DNA of 54,309 nucleotides from Octopus bimaculoides (lineage: Eukaryota). The position numbers were made by a program, and so were the translations under genes. Below, piece after piece: positions 27,157 to 39,998 of the stretch. The stretch is taken from NCBI RefSeq assembly GCF_001194135.2, contig NC_068985.1:60792579-60846887 (forward strand). The letters run 5' to 3'. Every line of letters begins with the position of its first letter. The first letter of the stretch is position 1. The notes under the pieces were generated by a model that did not search any database, was not told the DNA's origin, and was given only the letters and a program-made list of their open reading frames with translations.

Positions 27157-27777
27157 NNNNNNNNNNNNNNNNNNNNNNNNNNNNNNNNNNNNNNNNNNNN
27201 NNNNNNNNNNNNNNNNNNNNNNNNNNNNNNNNNNNNNNNNNNNNNNNNNNNNNNNNNNNNNNNNNNNNNNNNNNNNNNNNNNNNNNNNNNNNNNNNNNNN
27301 NNNNNNNNNNNNNNNNNNNNNNNNNNNNNNNNNNNNNNNNNNNNNNNNNNNNNNNNNNNNNNNNNNNNNNNNNNNNNNNNNNNNNNNNNNNNNNNNNNNN
27401 NNNNNNNNNNNNNNNNNNNNNNNNNNNNNNNNNNNNNNNNNNNNNNNNNNNNNNNNNNNNNNNNNNNNNNNNNNNNNNNNNNNNNNNNNNNNNNNNNNNN
27501 NNNNNNNNNNNNNNNNNNNNNNNNNNNNNNNNNNNNNNNNNNNNNNNNTATATATATATATAAATATATTATATATATATAAATATATAGGTGCAGGAGT
27601 GGCTGTGTGGTAAGTAGCTTGCTTACCAACAACATGGTTCCGGGTTCAGTCCCACTGCGTGGCATTTTGGGCAACATGGACAACAGACATTAAATGATGA
27701 TGATGTTGTATGAATACACACACACACACACATATTGTAAGGTCATAATTATATTACAATATCAGTATAGAAGGCCA

Positions 27778-27918
27778 ATTACTTTTAGTTTCAAACCCAG
27801 GTGACAACCTAGGTTATTTTCAGGCTCCATGGGATGTCTATTTTGGAGTAATCAGGTGACAGTTGTTTCCCTGAAGATAACCTGGGCTGTCACTTGAATT
27901 TGAAACTAATTGTAGTTA
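27778..27918. mobile_element. Small MITE-like inverted repeat, arms about 47 bp
   Basis: ttagtttcaaacccaggtgacaacctaggttattttcagg vs cctgaagataacctgggctgtcacttgaatttgaaactaa. Confidence 0.6.
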
Positions 27919-28039
27919 CCCCCTCTTCCTGGAATTATTTATAACATTTATGAACCTTCAATAAAATCCAATTTTATACCCACAATATATAAAAGTCCTT
28001 TTTATTTTTCACTTTATCAGGATCAGTACACAAACATAT

Positions 28040-28460
28040 ACCTGTGGATAGGGTAGACCCAGGAACATGGGATGAAGTGATGAGAAAGGCTCTTCAGATG
28101 CTGGGCCTTACTAAAGAAATGACAAGGGATCAGGAGATGTGGTGATTTGCTCTTCTTGATAAGACATGTCAAGCTAAGTAAAATCACTATCTTCTACACA
28201 TACAGGCATGGTCTTTGAGGCACTGGTGCCTCATAAAAAGCACTCGTGCCAGTATTGTGTTAGTGCACTTATGCCAGTGCTGTGTAGAGACATGAATGCC
28301 GGAAGCATGTGAAAAGTACTCAGCCAACCCTATTAAGTGGTTGGCATTAGAAAGAGCATCCAACCATAGAACCTACGCTACAACAGACAGTTGGAATGTC
28401 AAACTGTCCAACCTATGCCAGCATGGAAAGTTGATGTTAAACAATGATGATGATGATGAT
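28040..28460 (+). mobile_element. RTE 3' end fragment with tail
   Basis: gggtagacccaggaacatgggatgaagtg (GRPRKTWDEV) ending gttaaacaatgatgatgatg. Confidence 0.7.
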
Positions 28461-29415
28461 ACATACACTCATACATATTATCATCACTGTCATTATTATC
28501 TAATGTGTACTTTTCAACAACTGCATGGATAGGACAAAACTTGCTGGGGTGGATTTTTTTTTTGGGGGGGGGTCAAAAACTTTTCCTGTATATATATACA
28601 TATCTCATTCTGTATATCTCAACTTGAAATTTTGGTATTTACTCATTTCTAAATGAACATAAAGGAACAAAATTGTCAAGAAAATGCTGAACTCTACAGG
28701 CTGTAATGTACCTGAGCACTATGCAATAAGCTCATTCTTATTATGTCATAAATTGGTAACCTGGCAGAATCGTTATTGCACTGAACAAAATGCTTAGCAG
28801 CATTCCTTCTGGCCTTTTACATTCTGTGTTCAAATGCCACTGAGATTGATTTTGTCTTTCACCCATTCAGGGTTGATAAAATAAGTACCAGACAAGTACT
28901 GGGGTCAAGGTAATTGACTTTCACCTCCACTCAAAATTGCTGAATTATTTTTATTTCAATCTCTTTTGGTGTTGGTCATCTGTGACATACAACCTACTTA
29001 GCTGATAGTATCATATCAGCTATATCCAGGTAATAGTCTATGTTTGGTCACTAAAGGCCTAGCTGTATATAGTGATGTGGTACAGCTCACTGCTGTCAGG
29101 AACAGCAGTCAGGTACTGTATCATAGACAAGCATGCAGTGCAGAGTTCAAATCCAGGGATGAGCCTGGATAACAAATAAACCAGAAAATACTATAGTGTA
29201 TCTCACTGTTAATGTCAATCTGAAGACAATGTATTGAATCTCTGCCAGCCTAAAAGATAAATGGCTATGATAATAATGAAGAAGAATCTAACAGAGAGAC
29301 TGTAACAATAATTATTGTATTGTTTAAACCAAAAGAGTATACATGTGTTTGTTCTTTATAAGCATTAAGGAGTAAGCACTGAGGAATCATAATAACAACT
29401 TAAAACTCTGTGAGA

Positions 29416-29483
<68 letters not shown>

Positions 29484-31519
29484 GTGTGTGTGTGTGTGAT
29501 GAGAATATCAGACATGAATCATTGAATGCAGCAACTGTGGCAACAGTAGTAAAAGAAATATTAGCCAGGTAACTTCAACATGATTTTAAACAATAGAATC
29601 TTTGATCAAAGATATAGATTAATGGGGGGGGGGAGACAGACAGACAGACAGACAGAGTATCTGAATTGTTGTTGTAGCTTTAATTATTGTTGTTTTTGTT
29701 CTTAGTCTTTCTTCTTCAGTCTTTTTTCTTGTTACTTTCTTTTCACTGCACAGACAAGCATGGTCTCCAATAACAACAAAGCAAAAGAAAAACTTTAACT
29801 CTTCTCTGTGAGAGAGAGAGAAAGACAAAGTGTAGGTCTCAGTATATGAGTGTGTGAGAAAGAGTATGTGTGTATATATGGAAGTGAGTGACGGAGTGTT
29901 ATGCACAGACATGCACACACACGAGATATGGATACATCTACATATGCATGCAAAAAAACCCACAAATACAAACAAGCATGCACACACACCACCACCTACA
30001 CAAATCTCAAACAATCTATAAATATCTGCTAGAATTAAACAGTTTCATGTTGCATTGCAAAACCATTTTCTTTGGTTTCTTTTAATTTTTACCTAATTGT
30101 ATGAGGTTATCAACACAGATGTGTTTGCAGCTGGAGATGAAGATTAGCTAAAACTAAACATTTGGTGATGTAATTTAATCAGTTGCATGTAAACAGTAAT
30201 GAATTTGTTAATATTCAGAACTATATTTCATTATTTTAATAATCATAATCAAATAAAGCTAAATGATGTACTGCAGGATAAAGGGAGTTTCATGACAACC
30301 AATAAATGAAGTTTCAATTCAAACAACATCCATCAATATTACTAGAGCTTTGTTTGTCTTTCAATTGGAAATTTTTTCAAATAGAAAACTTTTCCTTGTC
30401 TACAATAATGCCAACCTGCTTGCTATTATTTCTAACAACACGTACACATGTAGATAAAACTACTTTGTGTTCTATCATTTTCCCATATGTAGATGTCATC
30501 CACACAAAAACCTAGACATTCACTAGCTACATGTACAAGGATCTTCAGAAGACCCTTCGATATAGACATAACAATATGGTTACACTCAACACTACAAAGA
30601 CTAAATCACTACAGCAGTGTTTCTCAAACAGTGCATCACAAGATGCATTTAGGTGCAATGTGGATTTTTAAAAAAGTAATTTAAGTCATTAAAAAATCCA
30701 TGTTAATCCTTGAGCATCTTGGAAAATATTATATTTTTACATCATCATTTAACATCCACTTTTCCATGTTTGTCTGGGTCAGATCTTTTACAGCCAGAAG
30801 CTCTTCCTATTACCAACCCTTATCTATTTTGACGTGCATTTCAAGTAAAATTTTTAAAGAAATTGGAAACAAATGACATTGTTTGTATGACAGTGAGGCT
30901 CATTTACATTTTTATGTTGCTTTTATTATCATCATCCTCATCACCATTTGATGTCAGTTATCCATGCTGGTATGACAGGAGCTGGCAAGCCAGAGAGCTG
31001 CACTAGACTCCATTTGTCTTTTTAGCATGGTTTCTATAGCAGGATGTCCTTCCTAATGCCAACCACTTTACAGAGTGTACTGGATGCTTTCTACGTCGCA
31101 CCAACACAGTGCTTTATACACAGCAACTATCACATTATGTCAAGATATATACACACACACACATCTAAGATGGGTTCCTTAAAGTTTCTGTCTACCAAAA
31201 GGCTTTGATTGGCTCAGGTGCCTCCCAATAGGACTGAACCCAAAACCATGTGGTTGGGAAGTGAACTTCTATCATACATGCCTATACCTATGCATAGATA
31301 TAATTATACACAAGCATAATTAATGAAATTAAGTAAATATTGATTTGGCAGTAATTTGTTATTTGATTTCCAGTGTACCATAAAGTCAAAGAGATTGTGA
31401 ATCTCAGCTCTACAGTGTTGTACTTCCACAGTGTCTAGTCATAAACATCACAACGTAGACATCTCACAGTTGATAAAAACAATAAATCTGATAATATAAT
31501 TATTTCTGTTGTTGTTTAA

Positions 31520-31736
31520 TCCTTTAGCATTTAGATTACTCTGTCAAACGTAATATTTATACACATTGTTTTGAATTAATCATGCATTATCTTGTAACTT
31601 TGAGATATCAATGATGTGATTTTTTTGTTTTCAGAATGACATTGTAGGGTAGGTGTGAGAGGTTGCGTCTGGCCGGTTTGAACATAAAACAGGTAGAATA
31701 TTTGGGCTGGATACATCTGGTTCCAACACTACAGGG
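31520..31736 (-). mobile_element. piggyBac-type MITE, copy 2 (inverted relative to copy 1)
   Basis: TTAA at 31516-31519 and 31737-31740; the interior is the reverse complement of copy 1 (ttactctgtcaaa, ttttgaattaatcat, tgtagggtag). Confidence 0.72.
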
Positions 31737-32049
31737 TTAAACCCAAGTCAACTGTGACTGAGAAAACTGTGACCCAAAGTATTGTGATCATATCATCTTT
31801 TTATATCAGACATGGGATTCTAATGTTCCAGTGATCTTGTAATTCCTTCAAAAAGTTTTATAGCAAATAAGAGAAATCATAAATTTGTGATAGATTGCAA
31901 GAAGTTGGTTGCATATAAAAACTAAACAGGTAATGTTATAAATCCACTCTTATATACAATGTACATTCCTTAAAAGCAAAGAACACATTAAGCGAAGACA
32001 CTTTTTGAATACAATCCATATTTTTAATTTAAATTGTGTGCAAAGATGA

Positions 32050-32910
32050 GGTCATGCACTCTATTGCATACCCTGACAACCTCTATCCCCTGAGAGAAAT
32101 GTTGGACATAAGAAGCATTGGATGTGGCTCCTCATCCATACGCAGCCATGACCATACCAGTGTGACTGCACTGGTATGGTCATGTGCTGCATATGGATGA
32201 GGAGAGTTGTGTGAAGAAGTGCCACTCCTAGACAGTAGAAGGAACCCGTGGTAGAGGTAGACCCAGGAAGACATGGGATGAGGTGGTGAAGCATGACCTT
32301 CAAACGTTGGGCCTCACAGAGGCAATGATGAAAGACCAAAACCTCTGGAGATGTGCTGTGATTTTAGAACACTCAGCAAGGAAAGTAAGATCACAGCTGT
32401 AGCCTATGCCAGTGTCGCATAGCCAGCCCACTCAAAAGTACCTTTGGATCGTAGGGCAACATACCGTGCTTGAGGAGACCTATGGAGTGAAGTACATCAT
32501 CAGCATCAAAATCAAATCAAACCACAATCAAATAGAAATTGTAGTTGTGGTTGATGCCAGCACTGCCTGACTGGCTCCCCGTGCTAGCAGCACATAAAAA
32601 GTACCATCCAAATGTGGTCGATGCAAATCTTCTTGCCCCAACTGGCTCCTGTGCCGGTGGCACGTAAAAACACCATCCAAACGTGGTCAATGCCAACACC
32701 CTCTGGCCCGTGTCGGTGGTATGTAAAAAGCACCCACTACACTCTCGGAGTGGTTGGAATTAGGAAGGGCATCCAGCTGTAGAAACCATGCCAAATCAAA
32801 TTGGAGCCTGGTGCAGCCTCCTGGCTTCCCAGACCCCAGTCGAACCATCCAACCCATGTCAGCATGGAAAACGGACGTTAAACAATGATGATGATGATGA
32901 TGATGTAACA
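32050..32910 (+). mobile_element. RTE LINE 3' end with long 3' UTR (about 60-bp subrepeats) and (GAT)n tail
   Basis: LREMLDIRSI...LHWYGHVLHMDEESCVKKCH..VEGTRGRGRPRKTWDEVVKHDLQTLGLTEAM.KD..LWRCAV; tail aacccatgtcagcatggaaaacggacgttaaacaatgatgatg. Confidence 0.85.
32128..32204. repeat. 35-bp-stem hairpin inside the RTE fragment
   Basis: ctcctcatccatacgcagccatgaccataccagtg-tgactg-cactggtatggtcatgtgctgcatatggatgaggag; one bulge and one mismatch. Confidence 0.93.
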
Positions 32911-33133
32911 GCTGGAGGGAGAGCTGTTCCAACATTAGGCCACTACTCATTATAGTGGAGTAGATGGAGCAATATGCAATAAAGAGCCTTGCTCAAGGAC
33001 ACAACACACACCACATAATTGAAGTTAAGACCTTATGATTGTAAGTCTGACACCCTAGCCTCTAGGTCATGTGCCTTCACACCAGGAAATGTAATATAAA
33101 AGAGACAACTTGGGAATGAATAGGATTTCTTAC

Positions 33134-33323
33134 CTGGTCTCTTTCTCTGAAGGTGTTTCACAGCTGCTAGCTATACTGGAATCTTCTGACTCTAAAGAGT
33201 TGAAACTTTTGCAGTTAGCTTCTCTTAGCTTGCGTTCTTCCCACTGAGCACGGCCCTCGTCTGCTGCTCGCCGCTTCAGTTCTTCAATCCGTTGTCGTTC
33301 CTGCTCCACCACAATATTGTGAG
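33134..33323 (-). CDS. PHLDB1: PHLDB-like internal coding exon, phase 1-2: (S)HNIVVEQERQRIEELKRRAADEGRAQWEERKLREANCKSFNSLESEDSSIASSCETPSEKET
   Basis: Acceptor ccatttatttttag; donor AG|gtaaga; 190 nt. EQERQRIEELKRRAADEGRAQWE matches recalled PHLDB1 EEQRRRLAELKQKAAAEAQCQWD, and FNSLESEDS matches YDTLSLESSDS. Confidence 0.9.
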
Positions 33324-33689
33324 CTAAAAATAAATGGAACAGAAGTTGTTATTCAGATTTAACATCACAAGAGAGGAGACTACAAAGAACTACCACAATG
33401 ACTATACATTATTGCAATAAAACTCTTTCAAACAGATTGACAGAAAATATTTTGAATATTTATAATTCACTTAAAAAACAAGACACATATATACAATTAC
33501 ATTAGAGTTATATTATTGTTAATAATGTCCTATTATCTTTGACAGAGTGTAAATGAAATGAAAAATAAAACATCTTAATAAAGCTGTCATTAAACCACAT
33601 CACATGGGATTGACTAAATGTTGATGAAAAACTAGCATTGCTTTAATGTTGAGGTCTGTGGTTAGCACTTTGATAAATAAGGTTGCTAC

Positions 33690-33950
33690 TAATATACTCC
33701 ACATCTTCCTTATATTATATGCAACTCCACTATATTAAATACCACAGTGCCACTATGATATAGACCACACCTCCACAATATTATTTTACCACACAACATC
33801 ACTATATTACATACCACACTTCCACAATATTATACACAATGCCTTCACACTTCCACTATATCATATACCACACTCCCATTATAATATACTCTACACTATA
33901 TTATAAACTATACCTTCCCTATATTACCCACCACATCTTCACTATAATTT
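33690..33950. repeat. Degenerate minisatellite, unit about 22-25 bp (ccactatattatataccacactt-like)
   Basis: About 10 recognisable units. Confidence 0.7.
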
Positions 33951-34691
33951 AAAGCTTCCAATACTTAGGTTCATCTGTTTCCCCAGGTCCTACTACACAT
34001 TCCCATATTTTCCCTTGCAATAACAGAAACTCACTACCAACAACAATTGCTTAGCTCAATTTTCCAAATCACACAGATTATGAAGCTGAAATGGTTAAGG
34101 TTCTCTCTTTCCCTTCCTCTGACTAACAGAAATAAAAAAATGACCAAACAAAGATTTAATAGAAAGATTATTTTATCAAAGACAAATGATGATTCCCACA
34201 TCTGATTTGCATGCCTATTTTTCTTTGAGACTTATTCAAATTTTTCACAGAATTCAAGCTTGTCACTAACAAAGTGACTAGGTTCATTTGTTGGAGTCAA
34301 GAATAGTTCCAGAGATCTGTAAATAAGTATGTCAGCATGGGCATATAGGAAGCTGCATATGTGATATATTTAAACCCATGCAACAGGTGTGCTCTGTATA
34401 TGCTATATACACACAAGGTTGTGTGCATATATTCAGTCCAGGAACCTTAAAAAGAGAATCCCAGGAATATTTTAGAACTCTTTGTGGTAACACTAATTGA
34501 TTGGATTTGGAGAATGCGAATAATTTGTTTTGATTTTTTTTTCTTGGGAGAAACTCAGCATTTCTAGGCTTTTATGCAATTTGTTCCATAACCCACTCTA
34601 CAAATAAAAATTTATAACCTGGACATAAGAGTTATAAGTTACTCATAAGTTCATTATAAATACTTTCTTTCCAAAAAAAATATATATATAT

Positions 34692-34928
34692 AAAACAAAG
34701 CAGGAAGTTGGAAAATTTATTGGTATTATCTATTCACCATTATACGTGTTTCATTTGCTAATAAGAATTACTAAGTTTTACATGTTAGATAAACATGTAA
34801 GAAATTTCCAATAAGAAATTCCTTACATGTTTATCTAACATGTAAATCTTTATAATTCCTATTAGCAAATAAAACATGTGAAATGGTGAATAAATAATAC
34901 CAAAAATATTTTCCGACTTTGTATTTTG
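34692..34928. mobile_element. Palindromic MITE-like foldback, arms about 105-115 bp, 6-nt loop
   Basis: ...catgttagataaacatgtaagaaatttc-caataa-gaaattccttacatgtttatctaacatg...; complementarity continues to ggaagttggaaaa / ttttccgacttt. Confidence 0.75.
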
Positions 34929-35293
34929 TCATATAATAATTCTGCAAACAATATTTCCAGAATTTTTGGACTCTAATACATACCTTATGTCAATGCAACA
35001 ATGACATCATTTACATATTGGATATTAATACTGGTAAGCAGATGTACTTCAAGAGGATACAGCTTGAATTTGATCCTACCTACATTATGTGTGTGTGTGC
35101 CAGTGTACAGACATGTTTGCGCGTATTTATAAATACAAATACGATATTGTGATTAAGATGCATCTATTCCCACAAATATTTGGAATGATATCTATTTATA
35201 CACTTTTTCATTTATTTATGTATATGTTTACATCAGTTAATATTTGTGTAGTCGATGTATATATAAGTATGGATGATGTTTAAACAGATGAAT

Positions 35294-36179
35294 GATCTTT
35301 CTGATTTGGCGGACACCATTTGTTTTCTAACGAAACACTTTCAAACTTGGGACACTGGTAGAATGTGTCATATAAAACATCTTTTACTCTTAGTGTTGTT
35401 GAGAAAAGTTTATATTTTTAAAGTTATTTCATGTTAAAGTTGTCGTATTTCGGTAATTTCAACCAATCACTGATGTCTATTGTGGATTGTCAACAACATG
35501 TTGTGGCGGTGTAATGTAATGGGATCTTTTCCCTTGAATAAAATTAGTGCCGTTGTTTGTCAATAACAACTATCGGTGGTACTATTATTTATGACATTGT
35601 TCATGCGTTTGTACTGGTTTTAGCTTTAGAGTTTTAGGGTTAGGGAGTTAGGGTTAGGGGATCTTTCTGATTTGGTGGACACCATTTTTTAGAGTTAGGA
35701 TTAGGGTTATGAGTATTTTTGCCAAATTTGGTGAAAATCTGTTCAATACACTGCCACAAATTTTTCACGAAATTTGGCAAAAATACTAATAACCCTAACA
35801 CTAACCCTAAAACTCTAAAACCCTAAAGCTAAAACCAATACAAACGCACAAACGATGTCATAAATAACAGTACCGCCGATAGTTGTTGTTGACAAATAAC
35901 GGCACTAATTTTATTCAAGGGAAAAGATCCCATTACACCGCCACAACGTGTTGTTGACAATCCACAGCAGTAATTGTTTTCACCTCAATAGACGTCACTG
36001 ATTGGTTGAAATTACCGAAATACGACAACTTTCAAAAATGAAATAACTTCGAATATAAAAATTTTTCTCTGTTCTATAAGACAAAATATACAAGTATACA
36101 AAGTTTTAAAGTGTTTCAGTAGAAAACACACTAAATAAAAACTAAATAAAAAATGGTGTTCACCAAATCAGAAAGATCC
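35294..36179. mobile_element. Non-autonomous foldback DNA transposon with a 9-bp TSD (Mutator/MULE-like)
   Basis: Terminal repeats (g)gatctttctgatttggcggacaccattt / aaatggtgttcaccaaatcagaaagatcc; direct repeat cagatgaat at 35285-35293 and 36180-36188; arms complementary over most of the length with a spacer of about 24 nt near 35738-35761. Confidence 0.85.
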
Positions 36180-36553
36180 CAGATGAATTGTTAATGCACT
36201 GTACTTTTGGCATAATTCAAAGGAAACATTTGCACATCGCCATATACATATATTTGCACATAACCATATACATATATTAATGAGGTCACAGACCGTATAT
36301 TTGAGATTTAATTTGTAAACTTAGTTACAACCAAACTTTTAATAAACATTCATTAAGTTTCCCTGTGACAGTACATCACATGTTTAAACCAAAGAGATCT
36401 CAGCAACCAGGATGGAAAGACAGAAGCAATTAGCTTTTGTTTTTGTTAAAGTTTCATCTTAGATGACACAGCCAAAACTAGATCAGGTGTGTGTGCATGT
36501 GTGGGTGTGGTGGTGTGGGTGATATATAAAGTGAAAATGGAAAATATACATAC

Positions 36554-36740
36554 ATGGTTTCTCTAAGGATAGTCCTGGCCAGCTCTTGTTAGAATCTATT
36601 GTTGGAGAAATTGGTTTCTTATTGTTCCATCTGGGAATGGAGTTAGTTAGGTGAGAGGGAGCCAAAGGGTTAACTCCACCTGCACCACCTTCACTCGACT
36701 CAGGCATTGTTCGACGTGCTGAGACCAGATCAACTTTATC
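36554..36740 (-). CDS. PHLDB1: PHLDB-like internal coding exon, phase 0-1: DKVDLVSARRTMPESSEGGAGGVNPLAPSHLTNSIPRWNNKKPISPTIDSNKSWPGLSLEKP
   Basis: Acceptor cttgtccttgttttag; donor CCAT|gtatgt; 187 nt open frame. It bridges the phase-0 end of the 47816 exon and the phase-1 start of the 33323 exon exactly. Confidence 0.8.
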
Positions 36741-36889
36741 CTAAAACAAGGACAAGACAGAGTTTATAACATAAAATTAATGAGATATTTTAATTAAGTC
36801 TGACAGACTTAACCAAAGAGTGAAAGTTATGACATTAAAGGAATAGAAACCGGTCCAGTGAAAAGTTTAGTATACATAGAACACACGTA

Positions 36890-37140
36890 TTATTCAACAG
36901 CTCCATTCGCACATATCATAGCTCACTAACAAGCATAGCTCCTCTCACACTTCTAGCTCATTAATAAACATAATTCTATACGTAATAACATAAGTCCACT
37001 CACATGAAGTTAAGCATAATAAACATAGCTCCACTAATACAACACACACAAGCCTAACTCCACACAGTCAAACCTAGCTCTACTTACTTCACTCACTCTA
37101 AACCTAGCTTCACTTATACTCATCACCATAACATAAGGTA
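36890..37140. repeat. Degenerate minisatellite, unit about 18-20 bp (aacatagctccactcac-like)
   Basis: Recurrent (c)atagctc / cctagctc / ccactcac. Confidence 0.6.
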
Positions 37141-37792
37141 ACATCAATGTTGTTTTTAGAGTCACACCAAAGACTTCTTTTCTATTTTTCTCAAGGTTTA
37201 AAAAGGACTCATTTCTTTCCAGATTATTTTTCACAGATAATTTTCATTCAGATCAATTCTAGTATAAAAATAATCTGTTTTATTGAAATACATTGCTCTT
37301 TGTCTGCAACACTATGCATAATTTGGAATTTATGAGCTCTAATACAACTAACACTAACACACATATACTATATTTAATACAACCTAAAACACACACACTT
37401 TTATATTTTACATATTTTAGTCATTCAACTGTGGCCATGCTGGTGCACTGGCTTGAAGGGTCCAAGCTGAATGATTTGATGCCAGTACCTACTGTTTTAA
37501 AACCTGGTACTTATTCTAAGTTATGAGGATCACCAGTTGTCAGGCAGTGGAAGAAGACAAACACACACATAGATGAATACCTATGCATCTATAATACCTA
37601 TACATACAAATATAATACACATACACACACAGAACAGACTTCTTTTAGTTTCAGTCTACTGAATCTACACACACGTCTTTGATTGGTCTGATTCTACTTT
37701 GATTTAGTAGAACACACTTTCCCAAAGTGCCATGCAGTGTGTCTGAATCCAGGACCATGTGGTTGGAAAGCAAACTTCTTACCACATATGTC

Positions 37793-37864
<72 letters not shown>

Positions 37865-38789
37865 CAGGTGTATATATGTGGGTGGGTGGGTGTGAGAGAG
37901 AGTCGTTATATGCACTGGGTAATGTGGTCAAAAGAGTTTGCCACTGCATAAAATTCATATTGTCTCCACAACAGAAATTCTATAATAGAAATTTTAAATA
38001 ACTTTACTGGTATTAAAACAAAATTAGTCACATCACTCACACACTTACACACATACCCACACACACAACTCCATAAGTTGAAGAGACAGAAATACAAAAA
38101 GGCAGACATCAAACAGTTACCTGCAAAATAAGAAACAAAAACAAAATTACACACACACATATATGAAACTGTGAAAGTAAAGTAAGCTTGAAACATTGGT
38201 GAATTGGCGTTTGCTGTTTTCTAATATAGACTTACCCACAAGACAAGGTGCAGTACAGTAAAAAGCAGGTGAACTTGCAAAATGTTCCAGTCTTCAAGAG
38301 AAGACTTTGAAGTTAATCACTAGTCTGTATGGGAGACACTTCATATTAACTTACAACAAATAGAGAGAAAATCTTAATAAATTGGAGAAATTATATTTTT
38401 AAAAATTTCCTTATACCTAGAGTTTAATTAGTATGTGTGTGTGTGTGAACTGTGAACACACACACATACTTATATGCACACTTTTATATTTACACACATG
38501 CATATGTACACACATGTATATGTATACAATATATTTCATGAGTGTATTCTCTGTGAAGTGGTTAGTTGACATTAGGAAGGGCATTCAGTCATATAAACCA
38601 TGGACATAGGTTTTCTACTCATTAGATCCCATCAAATCATTTAATCCACATTTGCATAGAGGTTGGAAGTTAAATGATATGTATGTGAATGAATTACACA
38701 AATTAGCCAAGCAGCAGAAATAAGAAATACAAAGTCCAAAACATTGGACAATTCCAGTTGGTAAAATTAGTTTCAATATGCTGGTCAAA

Positions 38790-39430
38790 ACACAACAGAC
38801 TAGGGCATTACCATCCTTGTGTCTGCTTTTCCTGCTGGCAAGGGTTGGATGGTTTGACAGAATTCAGTTGGTTGGAGGACCACATCTTGCTCCTGCGCCT
38901 CATTTTTGGCAAGGTTTCTCCTACTAGATGTTCTTCTTAATGCTACTTTACTGAATGTACTGCATGCTTTTCTCATGGAACCAGCACTAGTGAGGTTGCC
39001 ATGTAACTTGCAAGACTGAAAAGCTTCATTAATTAGGAGTATAGTAGAAAGGGAAGCAGCTGTTTGTGAAGTGTCGAGGAGTTTAAAGTATCATAGAAAA
39101 GAAAAGAACACATTTGTTGTTGCAGAGAAGTAAATGGCTACTCTGCATTAATAATGGTGACTGGGAGTAACTGGAGTAGAGCTGGAAAGAGAAATAAAGA
39201 GTGTAGTGATGAGGTGTCAGAGTGTGCCCTCAATGTACAAAATAATGGATTGAAGAGTGTGAAACTATAAAATCAGGAAGTGTGGGGAGGCAATGATTGC
39301 AAAAGTGTGTGCAGTGAGATCTAGGTGCGAATGTAGTGAGTATTGGGGAGGGGTCAGTGGTAGATGATATGACTTAAGATATAAGGTATAGTTGTCAGTA
39401 AGAAGTGGTGCACATATCCTTTGTAGAATA
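38790..39430 (-). mobile_element. Degenerate RTE-type 3' tail
   Basis: tctgcttttcctgctggcaagggttggatggtttgacag is the shared tail motif seen at 23885 and 30960. Confidence 0.5.
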
Positions 39431-39920
39431 TATTTCTTTAAAAGGAAAATCAAAAGACTTATTGCTTGTTTCTACAGACAGGGACCAACAACAGGTCAAG
39501 CTGGACATAGACCACATCTGTCTCATTGGTTTGAGAGAAGAGTGTAAAGGTCATTTGATATTCTCTTGTTTGTTGTCTCATTAACCACTTAATTGAAATG
39601 TACTTAATTAAATGTAATAAATTTAGTTTTCCTCTGTCTACTTGATTCTGCAGGTTTAATCTATCACAATGTAGCTTAAATTGTTCTCTGTCTCTGAGAC
39701 ACACCAAGTGATGGACTATAACAATTCAGGTGAATACAACAATGAAAATAATGACTAATATTACACATATTGCTCATATTAATGTGTAAGACGAAGGTGT
39801 TAGAAAGCAGAAAGTACTCACACATCCTTGTAGTTGTATTGAAAACAGCAGAATAACTTTCTATATAATGAAGATTTCATGATAACAGCAATACAGTAGT
39901 TGTTATAATAGTTTCATTGA

Positions 39921-39943
39921 TAATAATAATAATAATAATAATG

Positions 39944-39997
<54 letters not shown>
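39921..39997. repeat. (TAA)n microsatellite abutting the R4/Dong-like element
   Basis: Direct reading; another long (AAT)n at 17324-17430. Confidence 0.95.

Positions 39998-39998
<1 letters not shown>

Noticed and set aside
27120-27683. Long X-containing ORFs here and at 53175-54034
   Set aside because: Artefacts of N gaps.
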